From: Desulfocapsa sulfexigens DSM 10523
GTDB taxonomy: Bacteria; Desulfobacterota; Desulfobulbia; Desulfobulbales; Desulfocapsaceae
Direction: 5' to 3'
Assembly: GCF_000341395.1 (NCBI RefSeq)
Contig: NC_020304.1
Location: 1,140,001-1,172,000 of the forward strand
DNA: 32,000 bases
Shown: piece after piece, positions 26,993 through 32,000 of the stretch
Numbering within the stretch: position 1 is the first letter of the stretch
Layout of the letters: every line of letters starts with the position of its first letter
Notes under the pieces: model-generated
The model's input: the letters and a program-made list of their open reading frames with translations, nothing else
What the model was told of the DNA's origin: nothing
Database searches by the model: none
Made by a program: the position numbers and the translations under genes

Positions 26993-27514
26993 TTAGTTCT
27001 TGTTAATAAATGTAAAAGGTCCAATGTGCATGAGATGTTCAACAGCTTCAGCGGCACCAAGATCCTCGGCCGTAAAAAATGGCTTTTCTGAAAATGTATG
27101 CTCAGCAGCAAAAAATTTGGCAACTGAACGGAACAGACCGATTGAAGCCTGGTTATCCGGGCTAATGGTCGCCTCAAGAAAATCTGGCCGTACTGCATTT
27201 AGAAGGGAAAGGAGCATGCTTCTGCCCACCCCTTTCCCCTGAAACTTGCGTGCCACACCCACCTGCCAGATGAACAAGGTGTCAGGCTGCCCTGGCGGGA
27301 TGTAAGCTGTGACATAGCCACATGGTATTCCTTCACACTCTGCAATGACGCATGTTTCCTCAAAATGTCTGGCCATCAGGGCATAATAGTAGGTGTCATG
27401 TACTGAAAGCACCTTTGAGTCCACGGCCAGCAACTGCATGGTGGTGGCATCGTAACTTGTTGGAGAACGGAAGCTTATCTGCTTATGCAGGTATTGATTT
27501 TCTTTTTTTGACAT
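26993..27514 (-). CDS. ectA: L-2,4-diaminobutyrate acetyltransferase
   Basis: A 173 aa GNAT. The blocks DTLFIWQVGVARKFQGKGVGRSML, TISPDNQASIGLF and LMHIGPF match EctA signature regions (compare Halomonas EctA DTYFLWQVAV..., TITPDNEASWGLF, LVRIGPF). Confidence 0.9.
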   Translation of the reverse strand: MSKKENQYLHKQISFRSPTSYDATTMQLLAVDSKVLSVHDTYYYALMARHFEETCVIAECEGIPCGYVTAYIPPGQPDTLFIWQVGVARKFQGKGVGRSMLLSLLNAVRPDFLEATISPDNQASIGLFRSVAKFFAAEHTFSEKPFFTAEDLGAAEAVEHLMHIGPFTFINKN

Positions 27515-27618
27515 CGTAACTATCTCTTTTCATTTTTTTATTATAAATACTGCAACTTACTTCCTCGAACAGGAGTCTTCCCCTTAGAGCTCCAATTGGT
27601 AGTAGATTTTACTTCAAT

Positions 27619-28803
27619 TTATTGTATCCATTGCCCGGATGTTTTGATTTCAGCAAGATCATCAAGCCAGCCGCCTGTGTCGGTTAATTGCCTGACCAAT
27701 AGTCGGGAAATTTCTTTATTGTGGCCTGTCCGGGCGTGGATCTGTTTCAGTATCAATTTGTTGCCGATACGGCCACAAATCTCGAGTTTACCGATGTTGT
27801 GACCAATGACAAACTTGAATCGTTTGGCATAGCCATCCATCTGCTGTCGGGCCTTATCTACCAGATCAACCCCACGTTTCAGCGGTACTTGAAAATGATG
27901 ACGAACCCGTGAGACAGGCATACACTGGTAGAGATAGTAGGGACTCACCCCGATACGCAGCAGGCCATTCATCAAATCTACAAGAGTTCGCTCATCGTCA
28001 TTTACTCCTTTAAGCAACACAGCTTGATTGTTCACCGTGATACCTGTATTTCTGATGCGACTCACCGCCTCCGCAGCCAACGTAGATATTTCATTAGGAT
28101 GGTTAAAATGAGTTGAGATAAAAAGGGCTTTCTGGCTGTTAAACTTAGCCAGAAGATCAATGAGTTCATCATCAAAAAACCGGATGGGGTAGCTCACCGG
28201 TGCTCTGGAAGCAATACGGACAAAACTAAGATGATCGATATCCTGCAAGGCCGTAAGCATCTGCCGCAGCACCTTGGTGGGTAGCATTAAGGGATCGCCT
28301 CCCGATATTACCACATTAGTGATTTCAGGATGCGATGCGATATATTGTACAGCCTTCTGAAAGTTATGAACGGTTTTGTCGTTTGTCATGCCAACCATTT
28401 TCTTGCGGAAACAGTGGCGGCAATACATGGCACAGTAATTGGTGGCCACAACCAGGGCCGTATATTCATATTTATGTAATACGCCGTTACCCTTATCATG
28501 CCTATCGTCACCGTAGGGATCTTGTGTGGTTTCTCCCATCTGTCCGTTTAGTATTAATTCGTCAGTCTGCGGAATGCAGAGTTTTCGGATAGGATCATCC
28601 GGGTCATTACGATCAATAAGACTCAGGTAATAACGGGGGATATTCATGGGATGAAGGTCTATCACCTTACTCATGTTTCCGCCTTCATCAACAGTCAATG
28701 GCAGATAGTCCTTAAGTCCCTCCACACTGGTGATATTATTCTTCTGTTCTTCCTGCCAGTTCTGTAATTGCCAGTTTATCCGAGCAAGTTGTGTAAATTG
28801 CAT
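27619..28803 (-). CDS. KamA-family radical SAM aminomutase (lysine 2,3-aminomutase-like, substrate unknown)
   Basis: The radical-SAM motif is CAMYCRHC. Other motifs are the SAM motif VVISGGDPL, NTHFNHPNE-like STHFNHPNE, PYYLYQC and the PLP-lysine context HNIGK. ATG 28803 (MQFTQLARINWQLQNWQ) is preceded by AGGA. The ORF-track GTG at 28884 is probably too far upstream. Confidence 0.85.
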   Translation of the reverse strand: MQFTQLARINWQLQNWQEEQKNNITSVEGLKDYLPLTVDEGGNMSKVIDLHPMNIPRYYLSLIDRNDPDDPIRKLCIPQTDELILNGQMGETTQDPYGDDRHDKGNGVLHKYEYTALVVATNYCAMYCRHCFRKKMVGMTNDKTVHNFQKAVQYIASHPEITNVVISGGDPLMLPTKVLRQMLTALQDIDHLSFVRIASRAPVSYPIRFFDDELIDLLAKFNSQKALFISTHFNHPNEISTLAAEAVSRIRNTGITVNNQAVLLKGVNDDERTLVDLMNGLLRIGVSPYYLYQCMPVSRVRHHFQVPLKRGVDLVDKARQQMDGYAKRFKFVIGHNIGKLEICGRIGNKLILKQIHARTGHNKEISRLLVRQLTDTGGWLDDLAEIKTSGQWIQ

Positions 28804-28992
28804 AGGTTTCCTTTTAGAAAGTCTTGTATAGCTCTTTTTTTGAACGGCTTCGTTAAACATTGCAAGAATGCTACCTGGAAGCACAACAGAGAGGATGGGG
28901 CCAGAAAGTAATACCTATCTATTTATTTAATTCTGAACAAAAACAGGATGTGACTTATGCAGAAAAAGATGACTGTGCATCTATATAAAGGT

Positions 28993-29022
28993 ATTATAGC
29001 GGTATATTACCAGCCCAGACAA
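28993..29022 (-). promoter_or_regulatory. candidate sigma70 promoter for the kamA-like gene
   Basis: The minus strand reads TTGTCT (29022-29017), an 18-nt spacer, then TATAAT (28998-28993). This implies a leader of about 185 nt. Pattern match only. Confidence 0.3.
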
Positions 29023-29142
29023 GGCTTCTTGCAACCCAGCCGATACGCCCCCCCCCTGCATGACGCACTTTGACCAATCATTTCACAGAAGCAATGGCCT
29101 GAAACACCAATCCTCTCTGTGCTCTAGCAATAATAGCATGTC

Positions 29143-29172
29143 GGGTTCCCGGCTTGGAGCGGAAACCCTTTT
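29143..29172 (+). terminator. orphan terminator-like hairpin (plus orientation)
   Basis: GGGTTCC (29143-29149) pairs with GGAAACC C (29161-29168) with one bulge and an 11-nt loop, and is followed by TTTT (29169-29172). No plus-strand gene ends nearby. Confidence 0.3.
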
Positions 29173-29245
29173 CCAAACTGCCATAATGCCTTATAACTGA
29201 TCGCTGACCCGCTGCGCACATTAACAATGTCTCTGTCGATGGGGA

Positions 29246-29602
29246 TCATTTAACACCTCCAAAAGCCCGACTATAACCAGCGACAATAAACACTAGAACC
29301 AAAACACATAAAAGAACAGACATGCCAAAACGATCAGACATCTCTTTTTGATTAGGCAAGCGCAGGCGTCCCTTTTCTCCAACTTGAGGGACCTTAAACA
29401 TTCTTCTTTTCTGTATTTTTTTTCTGTGACGATATATGCAGGCACAAAGAAGACAAGCTATTGAAAACAAACCTTTGGCATAAACATACGCAAAAGGCAG
29501 GATTGCACTGGCAAGAGATCTTTCCCAGACAAACCATCCAGGAAGACAAAGTGGACCGATGTAGAGAACGCCTATCAGGACTGCAGCAAAAATAAGGAAC
29601 AT
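29246..29602 (-). CDS. hypothetical small membrane protein (doubtful)
   Basis: 118 aa with 3 hydrophobic segments and a basic loop (RHRKKIQKRR). There is no recognisable RBS and no family motif. A TATAAT hexamer of the upstream palindrome lies 32-37 nt before the ATG. Confidence 0.35.
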   Translation of the reverse strand: MFLIFAAVLIGVLYIGPLCLPGWFVWERSLASAILPFAYVYAKGLFSIACLLCACIYRHRKKIQKRRMFKVPQVGEKGRLRLPNQKEMSDRFGMSVLLCVLVLVFIVAGYSRAFGGVK

Positions 29603-29629
29603 AAGAGCCGGGAAGAAGAAAAAGAGATC

Positions 29630-29677
29630 AAGTATTATACAATATATTATTGTACAATATTATATTGTATAATACTT
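29630..29677. promoter_or_regulatory. 48-bp near-perfect AT-rich palindrome (candidate operator / divergent promoter core)
   Basis: The sequence is AAGTATTATACAATATATTATTGTACAATATTATATTGTATAATACTT. 23 of 24 position pairs are complementary, with a single T/T mismatch at 29647/29660. It contains three TTGTAYAAT-like units, a central TTGTACAA, and an outward-facing TATAAT on each arm (29668-29673 plus strand, 29634-29639 minus strand). Confidence 0.6.
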
Positions 29678-29803
29678 ATGCTAATCTGTCAAGTAAGTAC
29701 AATCAAATGGGTGCCTACAAAGCCACACCACTAAAGAAGAGATCAAAAAGTACGAAAACGTCTCACAAACCTATTGCATAGAAGTTTGAAATGCTGAAAA
29801 TCA

Positions 29804-29831
29804 TTGACATTGCTTTTAGTGCAATTAAATT
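29804..29831 (+). promoter_or_regulatory. candidate sigma70 promoter for the permease pair
   Basis: TTGACA (29804-29809), a 16-nt spacer, then TAAATT (29826-29831), about 155 nt upstream of ATG 29987. Pattern match only. Confidence 0.3.
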
Positions 29832-29986
29832 GCATAGGGAATTTCGTATTTACGCTCGTTTTTATTCGGTTGTCGAAAAACTTCACCTACTACTGACTCC
29901 AAGGGCAGCGCCCGATAGCCTTCCCTGTGCTTTCTGGTCTACTCATCTGAAGAACCATTACCCTACCCTCAACTTCCTGTTAACTA

Positions 29987-31057
29987 ATGACGCAACGACC
30001 CTTACCGGATATCCCTCTCTTTAAGCCAAAAAAAGAAACACTCATTCTGCCTTTATCAACTGAGCTTGCGTTGATTGTTGAGATCACCTTTCTTGGTGTT
30101 GCTGTCCTCCTCTTTCTCATGGGAAAATCATCTCCCTGGAAAGACCTTATTGACAATATCTCTATAAACTTCCTGGCTATTATTGTGGAAGCATTTCCTT
30201 TTATGCTCATCGGTTCCCTTGCAGGGGGGATTATAGAAATGTTTGTATCGGTGACCTGGATAGAAAAGGTTTTCCGGCAGCGAAAAACAAGAGCCGTTTT
30301 CCTGGCAGGTGGTTTGGGGCTATTTTTCCCAGTCTGTGAATGTGCCATTGTACCCGTTGTGAGAAGACTGCTTGGAAAAGGGATTCCTTTTGGAGCCGCT
30401 ATTACCTTCCTGTTGGCAGGGCCTATCGTCAATGTCATTGTGGCTGCTTCCACTGCCATTGCATACAAGTATGATTGGCGCTTTGTTGTTGTCCGTCTGG
30501 CAAGCGGCTACATTATCGCCGTCATTGTCGGCTTGCTGCTCGGTCTATTGTATAACCGGAAAAATGGACTGATTCCTGCCTGGGGGAAAACAGTTCCCTG
30601 TGCCTGTGGTCATAATCATAATGATAAGGCTTTGCCCCTTTTACTTCGATTCCGCCATGCCATAGTACATGCCAGCGATGATTTTTTTGATGTGGGACGG
30701 TACCTTGTCATTGGTGCATTTATTGCTGCTTTGATGCGCAGCACCGTTTCCATGGGAGCTTTTGCCGACCTGATGGCCTCACCGTGGCTGGCCATTATAT
30801 TAATGATGGTAATGGCTGTTATCCTGAATCTCTGCAGTGAGGCAGATGCTTTTATCGCTGCCAGTTTCCGGGATCTTTTACCCGGCAGTGCTCAGATGGC
30901 CTTTATGGTCATGGGGCCGATGCTCGATATTAAATTAATTTTGATGTACTTCAGTGTCTTTCGCAATCGAGTCATTTTGTCACTGATTCTTGTTGTTACG
31001 ACAACGGTATTGCTAGCCATGCTCGCCCTGGAGTACCTTCATATCGGTCTATCATAG
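29987..31057 (+). CDS. permease, COG0701 / ArsP-like (DUF318) family, large subunit of a two-component permease
   Basis: 356 aa and polytopic. The characteristic Cys motifs are FPVCECAIVPVVRRL in the first half and LNLCSEADAFIAASF in the second half. No obvious RBS precedes ATG 29987, so the start is uncertain. Confidence 0.75.
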   Translation: MTQRPLPDIPLFKPKKETLILPLSTELALIVEITFLGVAVLLFLMGKSSPWKDLIDNISINFLAIIVEAFPFMLIGSLAGGIIEMFVSVTWIEKVFRQRKTRAVFLAGGLGLFFPVCECAIVPVVRRLLGKGIPFGAAITFLLAGPIVNVIVAASTAIAYKYDWRFVVVRLASGYIIAVIVGLLLGLLYNRKNGLIPAWGKTVPCACGHNHNDKALPLLLRFRHAIVHASDDFFDVGRYLVIGAFIAALMRSTVSMGAFADLMASPWLAIILMMVMAVILNLCSEADAFIAASFRDLLPGSAQMAFMVMGPMLDIKLILMYFSVFRNRVILSLILVVTTTVLLAMLALEYLHIGLS

Positions 31058-31067
31058 GAGAAATATT

Positions 31068-31787
31068 ATGCCGATATTGCTCTATAGCAAACTCTGTCTT
31101 CTTGGAATCTGGGCCCTTTTTTTCTGCTGGCTTGTGACTCTGGGTCAGAAAAATCTTGCCATGCTTCTTCATCCAAGCCTCTGGTGGCTTGTGGCTAGTG
31201 GTACCGTTATTCTGATTCTTTTTTTATTGGTGACCATGAAAAGGCAAATTGCAGAAAGCCGACAAGGTTCACTTGCCATACAGTGGCCCTCCCTCCTTAT
31301 TCTGCTTCTTCCATTGTTATATTTCACTCAAGTTCAGTCTGCACGCTTCAATAGCAGCACGTTTACGTCAAGAATCCTGCAGACGGAAGATGGATTTTTT
31401 CAGGGAAGTTTTGATGAGCAAGTGGCTGCTGAAATAAGAGCGTATGAGAAGGCAAACAAGGAGGTAGGACTGACTGAACTCCTTATGCATGCAGAGAAGT
31501 ATACAGGGAAGGAAGTGGAAGTGGTTTGTCAGACCTTTGTTGATGGACGTTTACCTGATAATCTGGTGATGTGTTATCGGTACCTGATGACCTGCTGTGC
31601 AGCTGATGCCAGGCCGATCTTTATCTTCATTGATCCTCCTGAGGGAACAAATGTTGAAAATGATAAATGGGTTAAAGTTAAAGGCACAGTGACGACAGTA
31701 ACCGGAACCCCTGGGATGGAAGTACCCGCCGTTATACCTGACTCTATACTCTATGTAAAAGAACCGAAATACCCTTATGTCTTTTGA
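31068..31787 (+). CDS. TIGR03943 / COG3689 (DUF1980) family permease-associated subunit
   Basis: 239 aa. Three N-terminal TM helices are followed by a soluble domain with the CC motif CYRYLMTCCAADARPIFIFI. RBS AGGAGA lies 7 nt upstream. It is the canonical partner directly after a COG0701 permease. Confidence 0.7.
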   Translation: MPILLYSKLCLLGIWALFFCWLVTLGQKNLAMLLHPSLWWLVASGTVILILFLLVTMKRQIAESRQGSLAIQWPSLLILLLPLLYFTQVQSARFNSSTFTSRILQTEDGFFQGSFDEQVAAEIRAYEKANKEVGLTELLMHAEKYTGKEVEVVCQTFVDGRLPDNLVMCYRYLMTCCAADARPIFIFIDPPEGTNVENDKWVKVKGTVTTVTGTPGMEVPAVIPDSILYVKEPKYPYVF

Positions 31788-31944
31788 TGACTTCAGTCAC
31801 GCCCATATGGAAAGAAACCTTTTCTGATTTAATCCTAGCGCCTAATGTATCTCAATTGCAGCTCGTTTTTACCTCTACAACCGTAAGCTAATTATTGCAA
31901 CGGTACGCAGCTAATAATAATTTTGCATAATGAGAGAAAATAAG

Positions 31945-31977
31945 TTGACCACTCCCTCTCGTGCAACTATGTTGCAC
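31945..31977 (+). promoter_or_regulatory. candidate promoter with overlapping 7-3-7 palindromic operator
   Basis: TTGACC (31945-31950), a 17-nt spacer, then TATGTT (31968-31973). The perfect palindrome GTGCAAC-TAT-GTTGCAC (31961-31977) covers the -10. The regulated gene would lie beyond the window end. Confidence 0.4.
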
Positions 31978-32000
31978 ACAAATTTGTTTGTATTTGACTA

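Noticed and set aside
29630-29677. Palindrome considered as a dif/XerCD site or replication-related cruciform
   Set aside because: It does not match the dif architecture (asymmetric 11-6-11 with GCATAA/TTATGT arms). There is no nearby recombinase or replication gene. An operator or promoter explanation fits its position better.
1-32000. Search by eye for CRISPR arrays, IS elements, integrases, toxin-antitoxin pairs or restriction-modification genes
   Set aside because: None was found. There are no regularly spaced direct repeats and no transposase, integrase or defence-type ORFs, so the window looks like core chromosome rather than a mobile island.

Overview
The window looks like ordinary chromosome and carries about 28 protein-coding genes. 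I found no rRNA, tRNA, CRISPR array, transposase or integrase. Gene content (a Tat-exported DUF362 protein, a NapH-like polyferredoxin, Cys-dense Fe-S proteins) suggests an anaerobe, possibly a deltaproteobacterium or Desulfobacterota. That is inference only and was not checked against any database.

Gene order, left to right:
- a hybrid sensor kinase/response regulator whose 5' end runs off the window
- an MFS (DHA2-like) transporter
- an SDR oxidoreductase
- a TauE/SafE permease
- an amidohydrolase-family protein split into two ATGA-overlapping ORFs, with all metal ligands substituted
- an E. coli-type dihydroorotase, pyrC
- a Cys-rich 4Fe-4S protein
- a complete pstS-pstC-pstA-pstB-phoU phosphate uptake operon (minus strand)
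- a YcbB-like L,D-transpeptidase
- a five-gene co-oriented minus-strand block: MoxR AAA+ ATPase, DUF58, membrane transglutaminase, Tat-DUF362, membrane polyferredoxin
- a large polytopic membrane protein
- an ectoine locus, ectA-ectB-ectC-ask, preceded on the same strand by a KamA-family radical-SAM aminomutase
- a doubtful small membrane ORF
- a two-component permease pair (COG0701-like plus TIGR03943-like)

Four observations stand out:
1. The KamA-like aminomutase linked to ectABC-ask lacks both lysine-binding aspartates, so it may belong to an extended or new compatible-solute pathway.
2. A roughly 100-130 nt promoter/leader module is duplicated in front of the MoxR operon and the DUF362 operon, and both copies carry a sigma54-like GG-N10-GC element.
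3. A 48-bp near-perfect AT-rich palindrome sits in the divergent region ahead of the permease pair, and a 7-3-7 palindrome overlaps a promoter at the right edge of the window.
4. The amidohydrolase next to pyrC is split and has lost its metal ligands.

All protein assignments come from motif recognition by eye. No searches were run.
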